A stretch of 57,177 nucleotides of DNA, filler included, from Sphacelaria rigidula (lineage: Eukaryota): assembly GCA_964200075.2 (NCBI GenBank). It is 8 parts of 8 records of this genome, joined end to end, with 100 filler letters (N's around TTAATTAATTAA, not from the genome) between each part and the next. Parts side by side here need not be neighbours in the genome. Positions count along the whole stretch, not along the records: positions 28,642 to 35,700 come from CAXNAA020016699.1; positions 35,801 to 42,859 come from CAXNAA020016700.1; positions 42,960 to 50,018 come from CAXNAA020016701.1; 5 more parts are not named here. One strand, given 5' to 3'. The translations under genes and the position numbers were made by a program. Every line of letters starts with the position of its first letter. The stretch's first letter is position 1. The notes below the pieces were generated by a model, which worked only from the letters and a program-made list of their open reading frames with translations, did not search any database and was not told the origin of the DNA. Shown here in pieces: positions 34,751-47,400 of the stretch.

Positions 34751-37182
34751 GGTACAGGAGGGCACAACAGGGCACAACAGGAAACCTACCCTGAATGTTT
34801 CATATTTGGGGACAAGTCCATTTGGCGCCATGTATTATTCCCCTTTTAATTGGCCCCCTTATTATTGGGTACCTAATGCATCGAGTATTAGGAAATTGAC
34901 GACACAAACCAGGCGCAATACAGGACAGGTACAGTACAGGTGGGTGCAGTCAGTCTGCTCCAGGACAGCAGCTCCGCCAAATGCCACCGCATCATCGTAT
35001 TGTCAGTTTTTTTCAGAAACAACAGCACAGGTGTCGACAGAAAACGACCTGCCGGCTGAAGCGCAACAGAAGAAGCTGTATTAGCACAGTCGCATTGGGA
35101 ATCAACAAGTGATGCTGCCTGCTGTCTGTGCCTAGGGACGTGGACACGGAACTGTAGATTAAAGTTTTTCACACACACGACAGACCAGACCACTCATGGA
35201 TCACGTACTTCAATTCTAATTTAGTATGCAATGAACAGAGTGATTATTCAGTACAGAAATTAAATGCAACCTAGCGTGTAGCGAGGAGATGGTCACTCAT
35301 TCTGCCCCGTCGCATGCGTGACTTTTCGCGAAGAAACTTTTGCACCGCATAACGAAGATGAGTCTCGACCCATTTGCCTAGTCATATCATGAACATACTG
35401 TATGTACAGGGTTGGGAATTCGGATTTTCAATTTCAGAACAAATTGAAGACCGCTGATCGGTCGAAATACATTTTCGCTCTTAACGCCACCCCTATGGCT
35501 TTGAACAAAAATGCGACCATGTCACATGTCACCTTTTTCTATGGTCACTGGCGGTCTGCATGGTACGATGTATGCGACTATTGGGCAGGTATGATTGGGA
35601 TTAAGGGCCGTTATACACCATCCTCCGTTCCCCGTCCTCCGACGAAGGACATGGCCGGTCTTGTCGGTACGGCGTGGGGAGGGTCTTTCGGCGGGTGTAG
35701 NNNNNNNNNNNNNNNNNNNNNNNNNNNNNNNNNNNNNNNNNNNNTTAATTAATTAANNNNNNNNNNNNNNNNNNNNNNNNNNNNNNNNNNNNNNNNNNNN
35801 GTGTTTCGGTGAGATTGAGAATGGCTTTGATAATTCGCTGTAAGCACACGCAAGTGATAGAGGTAAAGAAAAGCACACGTGGAATTAAAAAATGACTCAC
35901 TTACAGCGAATTATCAAAGCCATTCTCAATCTCACCGAAACACTGTTATTTGCAAACGGGAATGCCCTGATTCATATTTTTGTGCATCTAGAATCGTTAG
36001 GAGCCCTTGAACTAGACATACTTTCGCGAAAAAAGTGCACCCCTACCGTATAGCATTACTCATCGGGCGAATCAAATGTCTCTATTCGCTCTGAAATTTC
36101 GCAGTGGACGTAGCAATCCAGTTTTTCTGTTGTTCACACGACGAGGATTGGTGGGTGAAGAAACATACGAGTATCTCAAGTGACCACATTATTCAGTAAA
36201 TATATTCGGGGCCAATGATGGCGTTGGAATCAAACTCGAGGGCTGGAGGCTTCCCTCACACTTCTCGATTTTCTTTGCCGTGAAGGTGGGGACGCGTGAC
36301 GAGAACTCTGCAATTTGGAAAAGTGTGAAGATCGGATAAGGCTACGATATTCTCGCATCCGATTTCATGTGCAAGTAGCACACGAAGAGCGTCAAAAAGC
36401 GAAGATCGCTTGGGGAACAAGACTTGGATCAGGAACCTGAACATGCCGTGGGGATTCTGCACACGTAGTTATTTCAGGCGTGGACACTGGTTCCTACCTA
36501 GTACCCAAGGTATCTTCCTACTCCTCCATTGGTTTGTGCAGGTGGACTCGGCTTTGCGAGTTCTGTAATCTCCGGTAACTTGTACCCTGGGAAGTAAACG
36601 CTTGGCCTGTGGGTCAATTGAATGCCTTCCTTTGCACGCCTTCTGGGCAGAAGAAACGCCCCCCGGCGCCATGTGTATCGATCTCACGGGTGCAGGCACG
36701 TTGACTGCTCCCCTGGAACGACCTCGCTTACATCACGCACGAAGTCCTACACAAAAAAGTGCGATAATAGCAGTACGGGGGCTGCCATAACGGTCCGCAA
36801 CACGCAGTGACACACGCTGGTCTTCCTCCATCCAGCGCACATGCACATACGCGCGCGCGCACGAACACAACACAAGAGCTTGTTGGCATGACACCTGGTC
36901 GCCCATCACGACCTTCATTCCTGCTATCGCTCGCCTTGGAGCGGGCCGTGTTTAACGTTGCTGCGTACCGTGCAAATAACCCAACCTGACGAGAGTTTTC
37001 GACAGTGGTTCATGGTTCATCATCGCCCAGTCCCTCCCTCGGCATGAGTCAGTTTGACACTTTCATAAAGGTTTGATGAAGGTGACACACACACACGCCC
37101 CTACGGTTCGGGAACAAAGCAATGCTTGATAATCCAGCGCGTGTCCGTCCTTCATGAATTTAGCGCCTGTTGGAAGAGCGCT

Positions 37183-40100
37183 TCAGAACCTAGCTCCCGT
37201 CACTCGCGAGAACTTGTCATGGATACCCCGAAGGTAGTAGATGCGCGACTGCCTCACTCGCTTGCCCCTCTTCTTCCCCTGGTGAATGAAGCCCTTCTCC
37301 AACACCTGTCCAGACGTTGAAGCGGGACATGCATAGAGTGCAGTATGCACGGGAAGCCTGTGGTTGGCTATACAACTCCCGAGTGGGCCAACAACTACAA
37401 TTATTTATTGCGGCATGCCGTTTGGCGTAGCGGGCACAATAACGTTTTTTTGGTGCACACGACAGTAGCACACACCACGCAGTGTACTACTAGCACAATG
37501 TTTTGGGGAAGGCGATAAGACTCGCGGATTGAGCCTAAGAGTACAGCTCTCGTTTTCCTCTCTAAAAACCACCGCTTCCGCGATCCAGTTGGTGATGCCA
37601 AGCCGAGTCTCACCTGGATGGACTTGATCAACGGACTGTAAAGCGGAATAAAGTGCTCCACGTCGATATCATACACGATATCCCTCAGCAGCAGAGATGT
37701 ATCAACCCCTTTATTGACCTGTACATTAGTTGAGGGAAAGGAAGTTGACGCATGACACAGGCGCGTTTGGGTGGTCTTCAATGACACAGACGAACCCCGA
37801 ACATGTGGTGCGATACACAATCATCGACGCACAAGGCCGAGACGCTTTTGGTTACCCTGGGAAATAAAGTGTATACCCGAGCATGGTGATCGATACCGCA
37901 AACGTGGGGCAACATCGGCGCTGGCTATCCTATTGGCGGCAACAAAACAGCCTCAGGCTGTGATATCTACGGGAAACCAGAAACGAGCGAACACAGCGCA
38001 ATATCCGCAATATTCAGTGAAAAAAAATGAGTGAATGAGGACATGCAGGTAACCTTCAGCCACGACAAGAACAAGACGAGTCTGGCTGAACCTCACATGC
38101 GGCACACAATGAAGCGGAACCTCCCATCGTGCACCAAAACACAATGAAACCCTGCTCAGCGTCCAACATCTACAAAATACTGATACCGCGATAGCCCCCT
38201 TCCAAACCATCCCCAAAACTGACGCGAAGAAAATGGCCCTACAACAATAGCTGGATTCAGACTGCATGGAGCGCTTCATATGGGCGACATTGGCGAAAAT
38301 GACCCCAAGCGTAGGAGTTGCCAGCTGCTCGGTGTGCTCGGCTTCCGTCTTTTCGATTCGTATGTGGATTTTGCCTCTTCAAACCAGTCACGTGTTAGTC
38401 CACGACAGGCTATCGTAGCATGACTCGAAAATACACCACGTTTTAGGGTAGATGCAGTGATACATAGTCTACCACAGGGTTTTGTCCCTCGAGAAATACA
38501 AGGATAGTACAAGGATAGAACGCTGCAATTGTTATCGTTGTGGTCGGTGCTCTTTGTTCCTGAGGTTGGCTCCATTTATGTTTGGCCTCGCGTGTCGAGT
38601 GTACTGTTAGGCCCTGCCTACAGCAGTCCGAATGGTCGCTTGCAGCAACCGGAACTCAAGAGGTTGGCAGTATGTTTTCTTCTTCATCTTTATATTCATT
38701 TATCTTTTTTTATCGCGTCTGCGTGAATTTTTCTGGGTCCACTTTTATGACATGATTTCCGTATGTTATTTTGCATAGTTGGCCCGTTACCACGGAAGGC
38801 GTCTGCATGAGATGCCCAGTGCAGAGTACTGCGCAGATATCGGAACGATTTTTATTGTAAAGCCAACTACAAGAGTCCGGCGTCGCGACCGCACATGAAA
38901 AACCTCGACGGACAGCAACACTCACCTTGCGGATAACTACGCCCCTGGCAACGTGGTACATCTTCGCGCTCTTGGACTCGTAAAGCTGTGAAACGTGAAG
39001 GGTAATGTGCACCGAAGGGAGGAGCAACGTCATTCGGAGCTTGTACCGACCCAGGACAAGCATCAGATACCAGTGACTCATCGTGCTAACGTTTGCTTCG
39101 ACGACAACGACCACACGATAAAAACATGGACACGTCTTCCGAGCATATAGCTTGATTTGATTGATTAATTGTCGCAGTCCAACTGATCCCCCAGGGGTCG
39201 AGTCGTGGTCATCATCCACATGATACCTGGGACTAAACAGTATGCCTACAAATTGTACACACGGAATCAAACCGTCCATTTACAGCACCACTTTAGATGC
39301 CAGGAAACGTGACGCAAATACTGGAGCCTTTCAAATGCAGGGCAATCTCCGACAAGACCATCTCTGAACCGGACGGCAAAAGTGAAATCTCGTATGAGCG
39401 TCATTGAACTCGACGGCTGAAGTAAAAATCTCGACGTGGACGTCCATCTCAAGAACCGTTTCATGTACACGGGACACGTGCAAGAAAAACACGCGTTAAT
39501 TCCGGGAATGTGAAAAACAGCCGGCCACATTCGAGGATCAAACGGGATTTGTTTCGCTTGGCATTTACGTGGTAATAATAGCATATTGATTACACAAGCG
39601 CAGAAAACAGAGTGTAGAAAATGAAATGGTGATCATTTTGCGATGACGGGGGAACGGTTTTTGTACACGAGTAAAATCATGTGAGCCGTGCACGTGCCTT
39701 GCGTGAGCATATCATTCTCCAAAACTCTTGATGTATATCTAGTCCGTCGTACTCGGTGTGCGGCTACATGGAAAAATTGTCACCTTCAGACCAAGAAGCA
39801 AGGTAATTGAAAGTACGATCATGTACTTTGCGATGTCGCATGTTACATTGTTGGCGTCCGCCTACACTCAGCGTATTATTGTGGTGCGGAAGGACACAAA
39901 TCCGCTACACAAAAGGCTGCTTCATGACGCTCAAAACGCCCACCGTTCTGGCGATGATGGGGGATAGCACCCCCGATGATGGGGGATAGCAACCCCTACT
40001 ATAAATTACATCGTCTCTAAAACGTTGAAGTCGATACCCGTCTTTCCTACAGCGTACCGTTTTGCAGTCATGAGGTCGTAACTCAGTCTGCAGGTATTCA

Positions 40101-40318
40101 TTCCGAACATAGCCGGCATCAATGGTTCGTTTGTAAGTGATACGAGATTGAAGTAACGTCACCCGGTCGAAGTCCATCACTGCGAAAAAATAGCACCTGG
40201 AAGGCAAAGCCCGAGGCTCACCTTGACCTCGACGGCGTCTCCAGATGATATGTCTGGGATCTTGACTGGGGGCGCCTGCTTCGCCTCCTGTCGAAGCTCG
40301 TTCATCAGCTTGGAAGCT
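37183..40318 (-). CDS. MRPL19: Nucleus-encoded organellar ribosomal protein bL19 (probably mitochondrial); 5' exon(s) unresolved
   Basis: Exons 40318-40222, 38985-38926, 37718-37614 and 37305-37183 (stop) are in phase: ASKLMNEL...IPDISSGDAVEVK|LYESKSAKMYHVARGVVIRK|VNKGVDTSLLLRD...VEHFIPLYSPLIKSIQ|VLEKGFIH...KRVRQSRIYYLR. These are the classic L19 motifs P....GD.V.V, G..I, PLYSP.I..I.V and RVR.S..YYLR. Confidence 0.88.
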
Positions 40319-40509
40319 CTAGCAATCGCCGGTATCAAGTGAAATCAATGATGCACACAAAAAAGAGGAGTGAAAGTAACATAAGAAGAACGCAAGCTAA
40401 CACGTACACCCAGACATTCCAACGGGTTGTTTTCCCAATAATTTTGGGCTTTGCGAAAATGCAGCGAGAAGACCCCCCCCCCTTCCCCCCGTGTCATATT
40501 TCTAGCCTT

Positions 40510-41088
40510 ATCCGGCGAGGACTCGGCGTGTTCCGTCCCGGCTTTGTAGGGGCGGTATGTATGGGGTTGGCGTCAGTTGGTGATGATGCTGTAAAACACG
40601 CCACCTACTGCGTAAGCTAGGCAAACAGGTTGATGATTTTTTGCGCAGTTGCGTTTTTTTGCGGTAACCATGATGGTGGTCGAGCTAGATCATTTTGTGC
40701 GGGGTGGGAGGGCCTCAACTCTGCGCAATGGGGATGATCGTACCACGTAGTGTATAAAGAGTGAGACACCCAAAAGGCGGTGTAAAAGTCGTGGCTATTT
40801 CTGGAAGTGGCGATGCCAGAAAATGAAGTAACTCATTGAAGGCTGTCATCCATGCAAGATAATCAGTAGGCTTCGGGCCGAACAATCTCAGCAGGATGCA
40901 GCTCGCCCTTNNNNNNNNNNCCCTTCATGCGACTCGCCTAACACACCACGGCGCCTCGCGCTTGGTGATATATTGCGAGCCTGGTCCGGCGAAACCCCGG
41001 CGTGCTCCGTCCCGGCTTTGTATGGATGCGAGGTCAATGGTCATACGACTCTGGCATGCAAGATCATGACTACACCTCGCGCCCCCCG
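40510..41088 (+). mobile_element. Full-length ~580-bp non-coding repeat with internal terminal redundancy and LINE-like 3' tail
   Basis: Colinear with 49465-50018. Motif ccggcg.....cggcgtg.tccgtcccggctttgta at ~40512 and ~40986. Ends ggatgcgaggtcaatggtcatacgactctggcatgcaagatcatgactacacctcgcgcccccc; C-rich run upstream at 40473-40490. Confidence 0.88.
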
Positions 41089-42959
41089 TGTCAAAGGTTC
41101 ATGTCATTTTTTGCTCCGAGATGAATGGCTTCATCACTTTCTCTGAAATTCTCTGCGCGCAACCGGAAGGCTACAAATAGAAACTCTTGGTTTTTGTCAG
41201 CGGTAAAATGCGGTGCAAATAATCACATGTCAACAAGAAGAAGGTCCGTGTTCTGTCACATGGGTGGAATGCGCAACCATTGGAAACGTGTGCTCAACAT
41301 TTCAGGCATGCTCCGCCACCTGCAGAAAATCATGATGGATATCCGACACCTTCGGAGGAAGCCACAGCAGTATGCTCTTCAGTAGTGTTGGCGCGAGCAA
41401 TAGGAATGCGCGTGACAGTGTGTTGCTTTGTTTCCCCGCAAAACCGCCAGCATGATTCACGCAGTTGTCCGAAAACAGGCAACGCTGCTTCATTTCATGC
41501 CCGATTGAAACAAAACCAAGGACAAAATCGACAAGCTGATAGAGAGCTACCCTGCGGGCTATCGAGCTTGGTGTCGCGCGCCATATATCTCGTGACCAAC
41601 GTGTGGTATTCGCCATGGTTCGTAACGCCCATCTCCGTTTTTTGCTGCGCCTTGTGAAACTCGAAACGAGTGAAATCGAGCTGAAACAGTTAGGCCCACT
41701 TTTTCGCTAGACAGTTTTGTATTGGTAATATCGCCCCCCTAATAATGCACTGTGTGTACAGTACGCGAACAGCAGTACGCGTAAAGCGACACTTGTGCCC
41801 ACAGTCACCGTGATACGTTGCACACAGCGGCATCGCATATGTGCTGCAGGTTGCCCACATACCGAAGGGGGGCGGCAGGGATGACAGCTACGTCATTTCG
41901 CGTAATGGATGACAGCAAGTACGCTGTATCGCCATTTATGGGCTCGTCAGTCATTTGGGACAGTATCAGGTGCAAAGGGGTGCTTACAAGCTGGGCTGGA
42001 TACTTTGGTGCATGCTGTCGCGGTGCATGCGTTTCACCCTATTGCTGCAGTGCCTCTTTGACACTGACTAACGGACGCTAGGGTCTTCGGGCTGCAGGTC
42101 GGGGTCAGCGTTCTCCTTTGCTTCACCTTGAAATCGGGGCGCCGGGGGGCACGAAACATGCCAAAACCAACTGAAGCCCATGCAAGACATCTGTCACAAA
42201 AATGCTATAGGGTGAGAAGTCTTCCATTGTCAGATCAAGGCACTGATACAATTGGACAGCAGGAGCCCGAAATCAAGACCAAAGAAGGCAGTTCTGTCAA
42301 ATTCAGGACGAAACATTGTGAACTCAAAATCGTGTAGAATTGAGGGGGGTGTACCTTGCGGCTTCGAGACAGGCTCTGACACATAAATAATCTGAATATG
42401 GCAATCGAAGAGATTTACGAGAGAACGATACTGAAAGATTGCCGTAGCCACACCCTGGACTGGTGTAAAAAGTGAGCAGGCTCGGCTTTCGGGGGTCAAA
42501 TGCCCCGAGACAAAATCCGCGAGAGCGCGAGTTTGCAACCATTTTACCCTTTTACGCTACAAGAAAAACAGCACTATCCACTATCTGAGTTCAGTCAAGA
42601 TGACCGCACTGCTTCTTTATACCGTACATTCGGTGCTGTTTCGCTCATCTGTCCTCTATAGTCGGACAGTTCCCAGCAAGGAGGTATATGCAGTAAACAG
42701 CAGTGAGTACTTTCTGACCTGACAGGACCAGGAAACGCATACGAGCTGGGCCAGCCCAGAAACGGATTTAACCTGACAGAGCAATATCTCATCACCGGAA
42801 ACGAATCGGGCGGTGGTCCGCATATCGTATTAATCGTCGAATGAAGGGGAAGGTGCCCANNNNNNNNNNNNNNNNNNNNNNNNNNNNNNNNNNNNNNNNN
42901 NNNTTAATTAATTAANNNNNNNNNNNNNNNNNNNNNNNNNNNNNNNNNNNNNNNNNNNN

Positions 42960-43045
42960 GGGGGGTCTCATGTGTTGCTCGCCTTAGTCGTTTGACCATT
43001 GACCACGCATCCTTTTCGAGACGGAGCAGGAGAGGGGGGGGGGGG
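42960..43045 (-). mobile_element. LINE 3'-end remnant with C-runs on both sides
   Basis: Minus strand: C12-tctcctgctccgtctcgaaaaggatgcgtggtcaatggtcaaacgactaaggcgagcaacacatgagacccccc. Confidence 0.78.
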
Positions 43046-44169
43046 AAGAGAGAGAGAAAAGAGAAGAAAAATAAGGAAAAACAGTACAAATAGAGGAAAA
43101 ATAGAAGAATCACGTCAATCTGTACCGGTAAAAAACATAATTCGTCCCAACGCCTCGCAGACTACAGGGAAGGCTTGTCCTAACACCTGGGTGATCTTCA
43201 ACGGAGGGACGGAGAACTATCGAGTACCCTTTAGGTTTCGCTTGATTTTCAAACACTAGGACATGGCGATAACGATACAGTAAGAAAGCAAGTGGCCTCC
43301 GGAACACAGAATTTTCAGCAATTGTCACCAGTCACAAATTTCCACATGTTTCCTCAGGAAACATGCGTGTCTTCGACTCACGGTAAATGACGTATCCCTG
43401 GGGGGTCAGTCAAGGTGCGATAATCAAAATGACAGCAATAGCAAAATCCATGTGGATACGAGGGAGAAGGCGTTAGCGAAAGAAGGATTTTCCTCGAGGG
43501 TACGCTCGCCTTTCGTAAAAAAGGTGAAGAGCCATGCCACGATAGAGGTTGCACATTTGTACCCAGGTCATCATTTTGAGGCTCCTACACATAAGCGGTA
43601 CACAAAATATGGGTCAGGAAATTCCTGTTTCCAAATCCACTAAAGACATCCCTGCCCCTCATTGAGATGCTAATCGAGGGGTCTCATACTCTTATGTTGC
43701 ATGAGTCCTTCTTGGGACAACAAAAAAGGCTCCTGCAAATTCAAACCTCAGAAATATTTTGTGAACCCCTACCGAAGCGGAACCCGCTGATCAACTTGTT
43801 CGTTGACACCCCACATGATTGATTGATTGCCGCACTTTCACTGACCCAAGGGATCCAGCCGTGGTTACATGATAGACGTTGAAGAGGGGTACTTTTTCCT
43901 GTACCCTGATCCGAACGGGTGCAGCCCAACTTAATGTAGGAGTACGGATTGAAGGATCTTTGTTTTAGTATACAGCAAAAAAATGGGTGTTACGGAGGCG
44001 TGCTTTGGCCTGCAATGAAACGTGTACACCCGATCAGCTCGTGAGCTATGCAAGGTATGAGACCTTGGGCAAGAACTGGTGATGCGTTTTGGGTGCGCTG
44101 GCCAAAGTTACTTTTCAAAACGTGCAGGAATTATTCCGAAAAAGATCCCCCCCCCCCCCCCCTACCCCT

Positions 44170-44552
44170 CGTGTGGAGGAAGTAGATGCACAGAACCGCC
44201 TCTGTGGCGAAGCAATAGAGAGCAGAAGTCATAGAGTGGCAGAACGTGGACTATACAAGGAGGAATGGGGCATGCTAGAGGGGGAAATGCGGGACGTGAA
44301 CGAAGGTGGCACGAAATCGTTTGATACACTAGACGGTAGCGAGAAAACGATGGTTGTACTGGGAGATAGATGGTGGCCACAGACGGCGAAACAGGACGGG
44401 GATAAGATATGTAAAAGGTTTTGGTGCAATGTATAGAAGAAACATAATGAGCGCCGGAATGTTGGAGGTGTCTCTATTAGGAGTAGGAACGGTGGTCCGT
44501 CCCGAACGGGATGCGTGGTCAATGGTCAAACGATCAAGGCAAGCAACAAATA
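44170..44552 (+). mobile_element. 5'-truncated degenerate LINE ORF2 C-terminus
   Basis: Translates to CGEAIESRSHRVAERGLYKEE...LGDRWWPQTAKQDGDKICKRFWCNV*KKHNER...GCVVNGQTIKASNK, with a decayed C..C..ES..H....C zinc-knuckle and an in-frame stop. Its 3' end recurs at 24388, 28642 and 42960. Preceded by C16 (44147-44162). Confidence 0.72.
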
Positions 44553-45167
44553 TTTGTTTCTACTATTATACGAGCAATGACTCGAGAGCTCGAGGGCCTC
44601 CAAAAACGACCCATGAGCAGCCGAACGACGTGTGCAATCCGAGTACCACGAGCCATACTTGTGCCCGTCCGACGTGTGCAATCCTCCAAAGATCTAGCGG
44701 ACATCCGAGAAACCTTCCTCGGTGTTTGCTATAAACTGAACCAAGCGGTTCTTGGACAGAACTAAAAGGTATGTCAGGTTCTTACAAAGGCTACGTTTTT
44801 TAATCTGAAACGGTTACGGGTGTTTGTTTGCATCTGTGTGTACCATGTACGCGCATTTTGCATGTAGACTTGAACCCTAATGCCAGGACAGTGTATGACT
44901 ACAGACATTGCCGACAGCATCGCCGTCAAATGCGGGCCTGCCTACCGTTGTCGCGAACAAGTGATTGAATGCCTCGCCCTGCTGTGTGTGCAAAGTACAG
45001 GGTGTACTTGTAACCTTGTACTGTGTTTGCGAAGCACAGTAACCTCGTACTGTGTTCGCGAGTACAACCAGTACTTGTAATCTTGCACTACTATCCTTGC
45101 AGAATACAGCTTGTACTTGTGATCTTGCATTGTTGTGTGCTTGCAAAGTAGCGTGTGTACTCGGAGA

Positions 45168-45520
45168 TAGCAATGACTCAAGTGCTCGCCCTATTAATAT
45201 TATTCACCACGAGCCATGCCTCTCGCCCTACTGATTTTTTCCACCACGAGCAATGACTAGAGTGCTCGCCCTAATTATTTTTTTCCACCACGAGCAGTGA
45301 CTCGGGTGCTCGCCCTATTATTTTTTTTCCGCCACGATCAACAAATCAAGTACTCGCCCTGATAATGTTTTCCACCACGAGCAGTGACTCGAGTACTCGC
45401 TCTATTATTTTTTCCGACCACGAGCAATGACTCGAGCTCTCGAGGGCCTCCAATAGCGGCCCACGAGTAGCCGAACGACTGCATGTGCCACGAGTCATAC
45501 TCGTGCTCGTCCGACGTGTG
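45168..45520 (+). repeat. Minisatellite (~43-bp unit, ~6-7 degenerate copies) followed by a ~110-bp block duplicated at 44571-44695
   Basis: Unit CCACCACGAGCA(A/G)TGACTCGAGT(G/A)CTCGCCCTATTATTTTTT at ~45241, 45284, 45328, 45372 and 45413. Confidence 0.85.
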
Positions 45521-47029
45521 AAACGCTCACAAGTTAATCTGGTATCGAAACGATTTTTCAGGTTGAGCGGAAAAACGACCCCCATTGCATTGCATCGTTT
45601 CATCAATTTATGCAACGAGGTTTTGTACAAATCTTCCTTGGCTTATCCCAGGACGCGGACAGTTTTTGTTGTTGTTGTTGTTGAGGAGTCGCTCACCGGC
45701 TTCCGGGGGTCCCGGGGAGGGAAGAGCCCCACAAGCCGTTAGGAGAGGAAAATCATTGAAATATTTTTCTAAATACATTCGGTTATCTCGGAGCACCAAT
45801 TCCTACCGGACAGCCAAGTGCGAGGGCAGCCGGTGCTTACATACGACGGGTATAGGGGAAACCATCATGATACTTTCTGAGTTTTTGTTGCATATCATCA
45901 GTCGAAATCCGACGTATATATATATATATTTTTTTGATCCCCTAGCAACCAATTTCATTTTTTCGCGGTTGGAGTTGATGAAGATTACCACGAGTCAAAG
46001 CAAGTCACCTAAATCCGGATCTTCAATGGGGACTGAGCCCGTAGCGTGCGCAGGAGGCGTTTTTGTCTAAATCGGCGCCACCGGCGCTTGTTCGAGGTCT
46101 GGTGATGTATGCTTTGCCCAGGGAACACTTCGCACCCCCCCTTGCCCAAGGATTTTGGTATGCCTTCGTTCAACTTAGGTTTTGGGATATAAATTGGGTG
46201 GGGAATTCGTAATTTAAAAGTCAGAACAGTTTAAAGGGCGCTGATTGGTCGAGGTACCTTTTCGCCCTTAGCACCACCGCTATGACCTCGAAACGAAAAC
46301 CCGGCCATTTCAACCTCTTCAGCAGTCGTCCATGGCGGTCAGCATGATACTCCGTATACAAAATGTTGCGTAGGTATTGCGAAATGTACTTGCGAATCAG
46401 TGATCCTGGTTCAAAATCGCACTAGCGTGTATTGGGTAGGGTACTTTCTACATTTCAGGTATTTTGAAGCATCGTGCAAAAGGTATCCAAAGGTTGGGTA
46501 GAGTCATGAGATCGTACTCAACAACACCCATATATTGGGGAGAGTATTGCGAGCGTACGTCACTATACCCAGTATTTGAATAGAGTTTGGAGATCGGACC
46601 ATGACAACACGAAACTCGGGAGCGTGAATACCCCGGTATCCACCCTACAAACACCCTCGAAACCGTGAATCAGCCTGTGCAACCAACCCGATCCCATCTA
46701 TTCGCTCCGGGTGCGTACACCCTCATCTTCATGTCCCCGCGGATTCGTCCGTAGCGGATCGGCCGAGTCAACTTACCACAGCCAATGGACCAATCGATAA
46801 ATCAATCAACCCATCCATCACCCGATCACCGATCAACAAACCAAATAAACACGGCCGATCACAAACAGTAGTGGGCGGTCCAACTACTCATTTTGTGGCA
46901 TTTTGTGACTTTTTCGTAGTTGGCGATTATCTTCGGCTCTTTTCGCTTCCCACCGCTAATCACATTGGGGATCTGAAGATATTTGTATCCGCTCCACATT
47001 TCATGAAAAAAAGAACATGTGTACTCTGT

Positions 47030-47400
47030 GTTGAGTGACTTACGGGCTGACCGATCATCGGGGGTCCTGCCACGCTTCAGCCTAGATTCTTACTCTTCGG
47101 TATTTTCGGTCGATCGAGCCTGTCCCGATCATATTTGTGAAGAAACTGACAGTTTTGTACTTTTCTTATTTCTACCTGCTCGTTGCACTAGAGCCGGAAA
47201 CCTTGTGTTTCACCGTCAATAACACCCTCCTGATGAACGGGGTATTTACTCGTATTGCCCGATGACACCAACTCACACTGACTTGGGCACTGTGTTTCGG
47301 GGGTGATCTGTTTATTGTACCAAAATCTACCGACGCTAGCAATTTCGAGTTCTATCGAAGAGTAGTACGCGAGGAAAACCCCGAAACACCCCTGATAGTT
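47030..47400 (+). repeat. Dispersed repeat, homologous to 56163-56520 and 56680-56840
   Basis: Shared gagtgacttacgggct.gaccgatc, gtcaataacaccctcctg..aa.ggggt, acttgggca.tg and gctagcaatttc. Confidence 0.85.

Noticed and set aside
45168-45440. CRISPR-like array of palindromic repeats
   Set aside because: Units are contiguous and degenerate, separated only by A/T-rich linkers with no unique spacers; no cas genes; eukaryotic context. It is a minisatellite.
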